Assembly: GCA_963734535.1 (NCBI GenBank)
Contig: CAVTHS010000014.1
Span: 32,001-96,000 of the forward strand
DNA length: 64,000 bases
DNA from: an uncultured Chloroflexia bacterium
Lineage (GTDB): Bacteria > Chloroflexota > Limnocylindria > Limnocylindrales > CSP1-4
Direction: 5' to 3'
Both the position numbers and the translations under genes were made by a program. The notes under the pieces were generated by a model. It worked only from the letters and a program-made list of their open reading frames with translations. It was not told the DNA's origin and made no database searches. Of the stretch, positions 34,180 through 43,304 are shown in pieces (positions within the stretch are counted from its first letter, which is position 1; the number at the start of each line of letters is the position of its first letter).

Positions 34180-35517
34180 GTGATGGCCGCCTACTGGAAC
34201 CGCCTCTCGCTGGGTTCCAGGGCATTCCTCGTGATCGTCCCGGCCCTGCTCGTGGTCGGCGCGGTGCTGACCGTCGGGATCGCCGTCCTCCTCGGGCCCG
34301 TGCTCGACTTCCTGGGCGCGAACATGCCCCTGGTGCGGTTCGTGGCGGCCGCAACCGCGATCATCGTGATGACGATCCCGATCGCTTTCGTGATCATCTT
34401 CATGGAGCTCAAGGTCATCGCGGCCATCAATCTGCGCGTCGGACCGGACCGCGTCGGACCGTTCGGCAGCTTCATGTCGGTGATCCACGGCCTCAAGGTC
34501 CTCGCCAAGGAGGACTACACGCCGCGCGGCGTCGACGTCCCGATCTTCACCCTGGCGCCGATCGTCGTGTTCGCCTCGATCCCGCTGACGCTGCTGGTGA
34601 TCCCGTTCGCCCCCGGGATCTTCGGGCAGGACTTCAACATCGCCCTGCTCTACTTCTTCGCCATCGGCGGGATGAGCGTGGTGGGCCTGATGATGGCCGG
34701 CTGGGCCAGCTACAACAAGTACAGCCTGCTCGGCGCGCTGCGGGCCGCCGCCCAAGCCATCAGCTACGAGCTGCCGCTGACCCTCTCGGTGGTCGGGATC
34801 ATCATCCTGGCCGGGACCATGAGCCTGAACTCCATCGTCCAACAGCAGGCCGGGTCGCTCCTGGACTGGAACATCTGGAAGCAGCCCCTGGGCTTCATCA
34901 TCTTCTTCATCGCGGCCACGGCCGAGGCGAACCGGACCCCGCTGGACATGACCGAGGCGGACCAGGAGCTGGTGGCCGGCTTCGCCACCGAGTACTCCGG
35001 CATGCGGTTCGGGTTCTTCTTCTTCGCCGAGTACGTCAACGTGTTCGTCGTCTCGGCGCTCAGCGTCGTGCTCTTCTTCGGCGGCTGGAATGCCCCGTTC
35101 GACTGGCCGTTCCCGGTGACGCTGAGTCTCGATCCGGGCGGCCTGGGCCTCGGGCTTGTCTTCCTGATCGCGCTCGCCCCGGTGGTCGGCACGATCGTGC
35201 TGGGGCTGCCGTTCTGGCTTCTCTCGAGTCGCGTGAGCACGCTCCGGGCCCTCGTGATCGGGTTCATCCTGTTCAACATGCTGGTCGTCGGGGCGTTCCT
35301 CGGCTGGGCGTTCGTGAGCGCCGAGTGGGTTTCCGGGCTCGCCTGGATGATCGGCAAGACGTTCGTCTTCGTCTTCATCTTCGTCCAGATGCGTGGCACG
35401 CTGCCGCGCGTGCGGGTGGACCAGCTGATGAGCTTCGCCTGGAAATGGCTCCTGCCGGCGGCGCTCCTCAACATCTTCGCGACGGCCACCGCCGTCTCGA
35501 TCCTGGCGAACCGGTGA
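34180..35517 (+). CDS. nuoH: Complex I subunit H, enlarged (445 aa)
   Basis: RVGPDRVGPFG, KYSLLGALRAAAQAISYE, AEANRTPLD..EA..ELVAGF.TEYSG, RGTLPRVRVDQL..WK. Confidence 0.92.
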   Translation: MMAAYWNRLSLGSRAFLVIVPALLVVGAVLTVGIAVLLGPVLDFLGANMPLVRFVAAATAIIVMTIPIAFVIIFMELKVIAAINLRVGPDRVGPFGSFMSVIHGLKVLAKEDYTPRGVDVPIFTLAPIVVFASIPLTLLVIPFAPGIFGQDFNIALLYFFAIGGMSVVGLMMAGWASYNKYSLLGALRAAAQAISYELPLTLSVVGIIILAGTMSLNSIVQQQAGSLLDWNIWKQPLGFIIFFIAATAEANRTPLDMTEADQELVAGFATEYSGMRFGFFFFAEYVNVFVVSALSVVLFFGGWNAPFDWPFPVTLSLDPGGLGLGLVFLIALAPVVGTIVLGLPFWLLSSRVSTLRALVIGFILFNMLVVGAFLGWAFVSAEWVSGLAWMIGKTFVFVFIFVQMRGTLPRVRVDQLMSFAWKWLLPAALLNIFATATAVSILANR

Positions 35518-35527
35518 GGGCGACGGC

Positions 35528-36362
35528 ATGAGCTTCGTCCCCGGGATGGGCGTCCTCAAGGGCATGGCGCTCACGCTGCGGCGGTTCTTCGCGCCGAAGG
35601 TGACGATCCGGTACCCCGAGGTCACGCCCGACATCGCCGTCAAGTACCGCGGCAGGCTGCAGCTGCTGTACGACGAGCACGGTACGCTCAAGTGCGAGAC
35701 CTGCTTCCAGTGCGCCCAGGCCTGCCCGATCGAGTGCATCGACATGGGCGGCGTCGACACCAGGGGGCGCTACGCCGTCCACTGGGGCGCCTCCGAGACC
35801 TACGGCGAGCGGCGCGAGGAGGCGGCCCTCCGGCGCGCCGGCCGCGAGGTGCCGGACCCGACGTACGCCCGCTTCGAGGCCGTCGACACCGCCGCCGTCG
35901 ATCGCATCCTGGAGGATCACGACTACGACCCGCACCGGATGCTCTCGATCCTCGAGGCGATCCAGGCCGAGTTCGGCCGCCTCCCCGTCGCGGCGCTCAA
36001 GCAGGTCAGCTTCACCACCGGGTCGTGGTACGCGATGATCTACGGCACCGCGACCTACTACCGCCACTTCCGGTTCGAGAAGACGGTCGAGCAGGTGGCC
36101 GTCTGTCGCTGCACGGCCTGCCTGATGCAGGGCGGTGGGCGGCTGGCGGACGCGCTCGCTCGCCGGGCTCGGGACGGGGCTCGGGCGGATCACGCCGGAC
36201 GGCCGGATCCGGCTGGACTGGCTGCCCACCCACCCCGCCGGCGCGCCGGCGCCGCTCGTGACGCTCGACCGCGAGCCCCAGCCTGAGGTCACGCCTGCCA
36301 ACGCCGCCGCCTGGGCCCAGGCGCTCGTCGGGGAGCATCCCGCCACCCGGACGGTTCACTGA
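35528..36362 (+). CDS. Fusion of NuoI N-terminal half with degenerate NuoE (frameshift near 36160)
   Basis: VTIRYPE..YRG..CETCFQCAQACP (only one NuoI ferredoxin motif), then NuoE-like MLSILEAIQAEFG.LP..YGTATYY..F..VAVCRCTAC; tail ITPDG..LDWLPTHPAGAPAP in ORF 36135..36362. Confidence 0.85.
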
Positions 36363-36366
36363 GCCG

Positions 36367-37732
36367 ATGACGACGATCCTCCCGACACCGGCGGCCTGGC
36401 CGCGACCGCTGCTCGGCGATTCGCCGAGCAGCGACCCGCCCTCGGGCGACGCGCGGCTCGCCGATCCCGCCGACCTGGACGCCGCGGTCCGCGCAGGCGC
36501 GTTCGCCGGGCTGACCCGCGCGCTCCGCGATCTGGGCGCCACGCTGACGACCGCGACGATCGCCGAGTCGGGCCTTCGCGGCCGAGGCGGCGCAGGCTTC
36601 CCGGCGGCCCAGAAGTGGCGCGCCGTCGCCGCGACGCCCGGGGCTCTGCGGTACGCCGTCGCGAACGGCTACGAGGCAGATCCGGCGGGGGCCACGAACC
36701 GCCACCTGATGACGCAGCGCCCGTACGCGATCGTCGAGGGCCTGGCGATCGCCGCGCTCTCGGTCGGCGCTGAGGAGGCCATCCTCGCCGTCCGGGCGGA
36801 GTACGCGGACGCGGTCACGGCCCTGGAGCTCGCGGTCTCCGCGGCCGAGGAGGCCGGGTACATCGGCGAAGACGTCCTGGGATCCGGGCGCGCGCTCCGG
36901 ATGACGGTCCATCCCGTGCAGGGTGCCTACCTGCTGGGCGAGGAGACGGTCCTCCTCAAGGCCCTCGAGGGGCGCCGGGGCCAGCCGGAGCAGCGCCCGC
37001 CCTACCCGTCGGAGCGCGGCCTCTGGGGCCGGCCGACCCTCGTCCACAACGTGGCAACGCTCGCGGCGATCCCCTGGATCGTCGTCCACGGCTCCGATGC
37101 CTACCGCGCCATCGGCGACCCGGACGCCCCGGGGACGGTCCTCGTCCAGGTGACGGGTGCCGTGCCATCACCTGGCATCGTCGAGGTCCCGACCGCGACG
37201 CCGCTCACCGAGATCGTTGGCCTGGCGGGCGGAGTGGCGGGCGGCCGCACGCTCAAGGCCCTCCTCGTCGGCGGGTCCCTCGGGCGGGCTCCTGCCGGCG
37301 GACCTCGTGACGACCCCGTACACGTTCGGGGCGCTCCGCGCGGTCGGCGCCCATGTCGGATCGGGTTCGGTGGTGGTGGCCGACGACCGGACGTGCGTGG
37401 TGGACCTGGCACGTCTCCTGACCCGCTACTGCGCGGACGAGGCATGCGGCAAGACGATCCCGTGCCGGATCGGGCTGCGCCGCCTGTCGGAGATCGGGGA
37501 GCGGATCGCGTCCGGCCTGGCCCGCCCGACCGATCCGGGGCTTCTTGCAGACCTCGGGGCGGACATCGTGGGGAGCGCGCTGTGCGACCACGAGCGGCTC
37601 GCAACAGGGCCGCTGGCGACCGCGATGCGATACTTCGGGCCCGAGATCGACGCCCACCGCTCGGGCGTCTGCCCAGCCGGCGTCTGCGCCCCCGCCGGGG
37701 TCGTGGCCGCCGGGACCGCGCACGGAGGATAG
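36367..37732 (+). CDS. nuoF: NuoF-like flavoprotein subunit, degenerate (frameshift near 37275)
   Basis: SGLRGRGGAGFP..KW, GAYLLGEET, PPYP..GLWG.PT..NV.T, SLBB domain, then GGPSGG and EACGKTIPCRIG..SALC..CPAGVC in ORF 37157..37732. Confidence 0.85.
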
Positions 37733-37743
37733 GCACGACCGCG

Positions 37744-40404
37744 ATGGCCGACCTCATCTCCCGCCCAGCCGACCGCATCCCCGGCCCAGCGGACCTCGTC
37801 TCGACGACCCGACCCGAGCCGGTGGTCGACTCGCTGGCGGAGCGGCTCTTCCGCACGCAGTCGCCGCAGCGCCCGCAGTCCACGCCGGTCATCCGGCTCG
37901 AGGTCGACGGGCGCGCCGTCGAGGGCCGCGAGGGCCAGACGATCCTCGAGGTCTGCCGCGACAACGGGATCGAGGTCCCCACCCTGTGCTACGAGCCAAA
38001 GCTGCCGGGCTTCGGCGCCTGCCGCATGTGCGTGGTGGAGGTGGCGGGCGAGGAGCACCCGCCGATCTCGTGCTCGCGCCTGGCCGAGGCCGGGATGGTG
38101 GTCCAGACCCAGACAGAGGAGGTTCGCCGCCTGCGCCGGACCAACCTGGAGCTGATCTTCTCCGACCACAACGCGTACTGCCTGCCGCCCTGCCAGAACA
38201 AGTGCCCGAGCCACATCGACATCCCGGGGTTCCTCAAGGCGAACGCGGAGGGCGAGTTCCGCGAGTCGGCCCGGATCTTCAAGCGCACGATCCCGTTCCC
38301 CTCGATCCTGGGCCGGGTCTGCCCGGCGCCGTGCGAGGAGCACTGCCGGCGCGACGAGGTCGACGAGGCGATCGCGATCCGCGACAGCCACCGCTACGCG
38401 GGCGACCAGGTGATCCGCGCGATGCGCGAGCAGGACGTGGATCCGCCGCTCCCCTTCGAGCTGCAGCCGAAGTCCGGCAAGCGGGTGGCGGTGATCGGGT
38501 CCGGCCCGGCCGGCGCGTCCGCGGCCTACTACCTGCTGATCGCGGGCCACGACGTGACGATCTACGAGCGGGACGAGGCGCCCGGCGGCATGCTCCGTTA
38601 CGGCATCCCGGAGTACCGGCTCCCGAAGGAGAAGGTCCTCGATCCCGAGTACGAGAGCATCACGCGACTCGGCGGGCGCTTCGTCTGCAACCAGGCCCTT
38701 GGCCGCGACTTCAGCCTGGACGACCTCCAGAACCAGGGCTACGACGCCGTCATGGTGGCGATCGGCTGCTACGACACGAACAAGCTGGGGATCCCCGGCG
38801 AGGACGCCGACGGTGTCATCGACGGCCTGGAGTACCTCAAGATCGCCACGCTCGGCCTGACCTACCCGGGCCACGCCGGCACGCGGGTCGTGGTCATCGG
38901 CGGCGGCTTCACCTCGATGGACTGCTCGCGAACCTCGGTACGCCAGGGGGCGTCGGAGGTGACGCTCGTCTACCGCCGCGACATGAAGGACATGCCCGCC
39001 TCCGGCGAGGTCCACGAGGCCATCGAGGAAGGCGTCACGACGATCTTCCAGGCCGGCCCGACCCGCGTCATCGCGAACGAGGCGGGCAAGGTCACCGGTG
39101 TGGAGTTCATCCGGATGCAGCTGGGCGCCGCGGACGCCTCGGGCCGTCGTCGACCCGAGCCGGCCCCTGGCACCGAGTTCACGATCGAGTGCGACCGCGT
39201 CCTGCTCGCGATCGGGCAGGGCCCGGACCTGACCTGGATGGGTGGTGGCTCGGACGGCGTCGAGGCCACGAAGTACAAGCGCCTGCGGGCCGACGCGGTC
39301 ACCTTCCTGACCCCGCGGCCGGGCGTCTTCGGGACCGGCGACGTCCGCATGGGCGCCCAGACCGTCGTCCAGGCGATCGCCGACGGGCGCCGGGCCTCCT
39401 ACGCGGTGGACGCCTACCTGAAGGGAATGGACCTCGGCGAGATCCGGACCCGCCAGACGCTGGCGGAGCCACAGCCGGAGTTCCTTAGCATCGTCCCGTT
39501 CACGTCCGAGGTGAAAGCACCCCGCAACCGGCTGCGGACCATGCCTGCCGAGGAACGGCGCTCGAGCTACGTCGAGTACGAGATCCCGTACTCGCAGAGC
39601 GAGGCGGTGGCGGAGTCCACGCGCTGCCTGCAGTGCACCTGCGAGGCGATCGGCTTCTGCGACCTGCGCCGCCTGGGCATCGAGTACGGGACCACCCTCA
39701 AGACGCTGGAGCCGCAGAACAACGGCGGGGCCGGCTTCCGGAGCGTGACCGAGAACCGCTTCACCGGCTCCAACCACGACTACATCCGCGACGACAGCCA
39801 CGCCTTCATCCTCCGCGAGCCGTCGCGCTGCATCGACTGCGGCCGCTGCGCCAACGTCTGCGCCGAGGTCGTCGGGGCGGCCTGCTACGACTTCATGCGG
39901 ATCGGCTTCGACACCCTGGTGACCACGCCGCTCGACATGAGCCTCAACGACACGCCGTGCGTGTCGTGCGGGCGTTGCGCGGAGACGTGCCCCACCGGCG
40001 CGCTCATGCCGAAGCCGCGGATCCTCGAGAAGTACGACGTGGACGAGAGTCGCTGCATCCTGTGCGGCATCTGCGTCGACGCCTGCCCGTACGACGCGCT
40101 CCGCTGCGGCCCCGACTTCGAGCTGGCGCACGTGAGCCGCGAGGAGCCGATGATCGACCTCATCGCGATCGCGGCGGTCGATCGCGAGACGGAGATGACC
40201 TACGTTCGCCGCGAGCGCGACTGGCTGGAGCGGGCAGTCGCATCCGGCCGGGATGTCGGCGCCCGCCAGCTCCCGGTGCTCCCGGCCTCGCTCGCGGGCG
40301 GCGCGAACGGCAACGGCAGCGGTCGCGCGAGCGTCCCCGGCAACGGCCACAATGGGCACGGCCCGGCCGGCGGCGGCACCGCCGGGCACGCGCACAACCG
40401 GTAG
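37744..40404 (+). CDS. NuoG-N / GltD(NfnB)-like FAD-NAD(P)H oxidoreductase / 2x[4Fe-4S] / NuoI C-terminal half fusion
   Basis: [2Fe-2S] PTLC..GACRMC..SC; SDHNAYC; [19 protein letters not shown]; [20 protein letters not shown]; [11 protein letters not shown]; RCLQCTC..C; CIDCGRC..C; CVSCGRC..CP; [30 protein letters not shown]. Own ATG at 37744. Confidence 0.88.
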   Translation: MADLISRPADRIPGPADLVSTTRPEPVVDSLAERLFRTQSPQRPQSTPVIRLEVDGRAVEGREGQTILEVCRDNGIEVPTLCYEPKLPGFGACRMCVVEVAGEEHPPISCSRLAEAGMVVQTQTEEVRRLRRTNLELIFSDHNAYCLPPCQNKCPSHIDIPGFLKANAEGEFRESARIFKRTIPFPSILGRVCPAPCEEHCRRDEVDEAIAIRDSHRYAGDQVIRAMREQDVDPPLPFELQPKSGKRVAVIGSGPAGASAAYYLLIAGHDVTIYERDEAPGGMLRYGIPEYRLPKEKVLDPEYESITRLGGRFVCNQALGRDFSLDDLQNQGYDAVMVAIGCYDTNKLGIPGEDADGVIDGLEYLKIATLGLTYPGHAGTRVVVIGGGFTSMDCSRTSVRQGASEVTLVYRRDMKDMPASGEVHEAIEEGVTTIFQAGPTRVIANEAGKVTGVEFIRMQLGAADASGRRRPEPAPGTEFTIECDRVLLAIGQGPDLTWMGGGSDGVEATKYKRLRADAVTFLTPRPGVFGTGDVRMGAQTVVQAIADGRRASYAVDAYLKGMDLGEIRTRQTLAEPQPEFLSIVPFTSEVKAPRNRLRTMPAEERRSSYVEYEIPYSQSEAVAESTRCLQCTCEAIGFCDLRRLGIEYGTTLKTLEPQNNGGAGFRSVTENRFTGSNHDYIRDDSHAFILREPSRCIDCGRCANVCAEVVGAACYDFMRIGFDTLVTTPLDMSLNDTPCVSCGRCAETCPTGALMPKPRILEKYDVDESRCILCGICVDACPYDALRCGPDFELAHVSREEPMIDLIAIAAVDRETEMTYVRRERDWLERAVASGRDVGARQLPVLPASLAGGANGNGSGRASVPGNGHNGHGPAGGGTAGHAHNR

Positions 40405-40430
40405 AGCACGCGGCGGAGGGAGAGGAACAG

Positions 40431-40964
40431 GTGCCCATACCGGAGACCGTCCCGATCCTCGGGGCCAGCTGGAGCGACGTGCTCTTCGCGGCCCTGGCCG
40501 CCGTCATGCTCGGCTCCGCGCTCCTCGTCGTGACGCTCCGCGACATCATCCGCTGCGGGCTGGCCATGATCGTCGCGTTCGGCGCCCTTGCCGGCATCTA
40601 TGTCCTGCTGGGCGCCCCGCTGGTGGCCGCCGCCCAGGTGCTCGTCTACATCGGCGCGATCGCCGTCCTCATCCTGTTCGCGGTCATGCTGACGCAGGCC
40701 AAGAACGCGCCGGTCCGGCTCGTCTTCCAGGCCCAGGCGCTGCCCGCCGCGATCGCCGCCATCGTGCTCGCGGTCATGATCGCCCTCACGGCCAGCGCCA
40801 CGGACTGGGGCGCGGTGACGAAGCGGATCGCGACCGGGACCGACGCGCTGGCGCGCCTCCTGTTCAACGCGTACATCCTCCCGTTCGAGGTCGTGAGCGT
40901 GCTCCTGCTCATGGCCGTGGTCGGGGGCATCTTCATCGCGAAGCGCGAGGGCCGGGACACGTGA
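40431..40964 (+). CDS. nuoJ: Complex I subunit J
   Basis: [39 protein letters not shown]. Confidence 0.92.
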   Translation: MPIPETVPILGASWSDVLFAALAAVMLGSALLVVTLRDIIRCGLAMIVAFGALAGIYVLLGAPLVAAAQVLVYIGAIAVLILFAVMLTQAKNAPVRLVFQAQALPAAIAAIVLAVMIALTASATDWGAVTKRIATGTDALARLLFNAYILPFEVVSVLLLMAVVGGIFIAKREGRDT

Positions 40965-41272
40965 GCCAGAGCCTGGACGCCTACCTCGTCGTCTCCGGGA
41001 TCCTGTTCGCGATCGGCAGCTTCGGCTTCCTCGCCCGGCGCAACGCGATCAGCATGCTCATGTCGATCGAGCTGATGCTCAACGCGGTGAACCTGTCCAT
41101 CGTGGCCTTCGGCGCCTTCATCCCGGCCCTCAACGGCACGGCCTCCGTCATCGCCCTGATGGTGATGGCCGTCGCCGCGGCCGAGGCGACGGTCGGCCTG
41201 GCGATCGTGATGGCCATCTACCGGAACCGCCGCACGCCGCTCGTCGACGAATACGACTCCATGCGCCAGTAG
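40961..41272 (+). CDS. nuoK: Complex I subunit K
   Basis: [28 protein letters not shown]. Confidence 0.94.
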   Translation: MSQSLDAYLVVSGILFAIGSFGFLARRNAISMLMSIELMLNAVNLSIVAFGAFIPALNGTASVIALMVMAVAAAEATVGLAIVMAIYRNRRTPLVDEYDSMRQ

Positions 41273-41294
41273 CAGAAGAGACCGAGCCGCCCCC

Positions 41295-43298
41295 GTGTTC
41301 GCATCCATCACCCCGAGCGTGCTCGCTGCCGTGGCGGCGGGTGGAGAGACGCCCAACAGCCTGATCAACCTCGTGCCGCTGATCCCGGCCATCCCGCTCG
41401 CCGGGTTCGTCTTCACGGCGTTCTTCGGCCGGCGGATCGGGCGGCCGGCGTTCGTGCTGCCGCTCCTCGGCGTCACGGCGACCTGGCTGCTCAGCATGGC
41501 GGTCGTCTACCAGGCGCTCACCGGCGGCTTCGGCGAGAACGGGGCGGGGATCACGCTCTACCACTGGATCCCGGCGGGGGCGTTCACCGTCGACGTTGGC
41601 TTCTTCGTCGACCAGCTGACGGCATGCCTGCTCATCGTCGTGACGACGATCGGGCTGATCGTCCACCTGTACTCGGTCGGCTACATGGCCCACGACCCGG
41701 GCCGCTGGCGCTTCTTCGCCTACCTGAACCTCTTCATGTTCAGCATGCTGCTGCTCATCCTCGCCGACAACTTCCTGGTGGTCTTCGCGGGGTGGGAGCT
41801 GGTGGGCCTCTCGAGCTACCTGCTGATCGGTTTCTGGTACCCGCGGCGCTCGGCCGCGCTGGCGGCCAAGAAGGCCTTCATCGTCAACCGCGTCGGCGAC
41901 GTCGGCTTCGCGCTCGGGATCATGCTCATCTGGGTCTCCACCGGCACCCTGAACATGCGCGAGGCGTTCGACCGGATCGCCGGGCTGGACCACGGGACGA
42001 TCCTCGCGATCGCGCTGCTGATCTTCTGCGGCGCCGTCGGCAAGAGCGCCCAGTTCCCGCTCCACGTCTGGCTGCCCGACGCGATGGAGGGCCCGACCCC
42101 GGTCTCGGCCCTGATCCACGCGGCAACCATGGTCAACGCCGGGGTCTACCTGGTGGCGCGGACGAACCCGATCTTCAGCCACGTTCCGGAGGCGATGGTG
42201 GTCGTCGCGGCGATCGGCATCTTCACCGCGATCCTGGCCGCCTCGATCGCGTTCACCCAGACGGACATCAAGCGCGTCCTGGCGTACTCGACGCTGAGCC
42301 AGCTCGGGTACATGTTCGCGGCGCTCGGCGTGGGTGCCTACGTGGCCGCGATCTTCCACCTGATGGCGCACGGCTTCTTCAAGGGCCTGCTCTTCCTGGG
42401 GTCCGGCTCCGTGATCCACTCGGTCCACGACGAGCAGGACATGAACCGGATGGGCGCCCTCTGGCGGAGGATCCCCATCACGCACGCGACGATGCTGGTC
42501 GGCACGATCGCGATCGCGGGCATCCCGCCGTTCGCCGGGTTCTTCTCCAAGGACGAGATCCTGGGCGAGGCGTTCAAGCTCAACTTCGGCTGGGTCTGGG
42601 CGATCGGCATCCTGGTGGCCGGCATGACCGCCTTCTACATGTGGCGCCTGATGGGCAAGACGTTCTACGGCAAGAGCCACGTCGACCCGGCCGTCGAGCC
42701 GAAGATCCACGAGTCGACCTGGACGATGACGCTGCCGCTGATCCTGCTGGCGATCCCGTCCATGCTGCTGGGCCTCGCGCTGGGCCTGCCGTTCGGCGAC
42801 TCGATGATCACGCGCTGGCTGCACCCGGTCTTCGCCGGCGCGGAGGAGACGCTGGGCCGCACCGCGGAGCCGTTCGCGCTGTTCGGGATCGACGGGGCGC
42901 TCATCCTCGCCAGCGTGGCGGTTGCCACGATCGGGCTGGTGGTCGGGATCTGGCTCTTCGGGTTCTTCCGCCGCAGCGGACGACGCCAGACGGTGGAGGC
43001 GATCACGGCCTCGTCGGCGGCATCCCGCTTCCTGTACCGGGCGTCGCTCAACAAGTGGTGGTTCGACGACCTCAACCACCTCCTGTTCATGGTCATCGGC
43101 GGGCGCGTGGCGTACGCGCTCTGGTGGTTCGACCGGACCGTCGTCGACGGCACGGTCAACGCGGTCGGCCGGATCACCGTGGACGCCGGGGGCGGCCTGC
43201 GCCGGATCCAGACCGGCCACGTCCAGAACTACGCGCTCGGCATCGCCATCGGCCTGATCATCATGGCCGGCTCCTACCTCGTCATCGCGGCGAGGTAG
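41295..43298 (+). CDS. nuoL: Complex I subunit L
   Basis: GWELVGLSSYLLIGFW, GKSAQFPLHVWLPDAMEGPTPVSALIHAATMV, AYSTLSQLGYM. Confidence 0.95.
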   Translation: MFASITPSVLAAVAAGGETPNSLINLVPLIPAIPLAGFVFTAFFGRRIGRPAFVLPLLGVTATWLLSMAVVYQALTGGFGENGAGITLYHWIPAGAFTVDVGFFVDQLTACLLIVVTTIGLIVHLYSVGYMAHDPGRWRFFAYLNLFMFSMLLLILADNFLVVFAGWELVGLSSYLLIGFWYPRRSAALAAKKAFIVNRVGDVGFALGIMLIWVSTGTLNMREAFDRIAGLDHGTILAIALLIFCGAVGKSAQFPLHVWLPDAMEGPTPVSALIHAATMVNAGVYLVARTNPIFSHVPEAMVVVAAIGIFTAILAASIAFTQTDIKRVLAYSTLSQLGYMFAALGVGAYVAAIFHLMAHGFFKGLLFLGSGSVIHSVHDEQDMNRMGALWRRIPITHATMLVGTIAIAGIPPFAGFFSKDEILGEAFKLNFGWVWAIGILVAGMTAFYMWRLMGKTFYGKSHVDPAVEPKIHESTWTMTLPLILLAIPSMLLGLALGLPFGDSMITRWLHPVFAGAEETLGRTAEPFALFGIDGALILASVAVATIGLVVGIWLFGFFRRSGRRQTVEAITASSAASRFLYRASLNKWWFDDLNHLLFMVIGGRVAYALWWFDRTVVDGTVNAVGRITVDAGGGLRRIQTGHVQNYALGIAIGLIIMAGSYLVIAAR

Positions 43299-43304
43299 AC
43301 CACG

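Noticed and set aside
36367-40404. 1345-aa NuoF-GltD/NuoG fusion in the ORF track
   Set aside because: The NuoF C-terminus is in another frame (37157..37732) with its own stop, and the next gene has its own ATG at 37744. The fusion comes from an indel near 37275.
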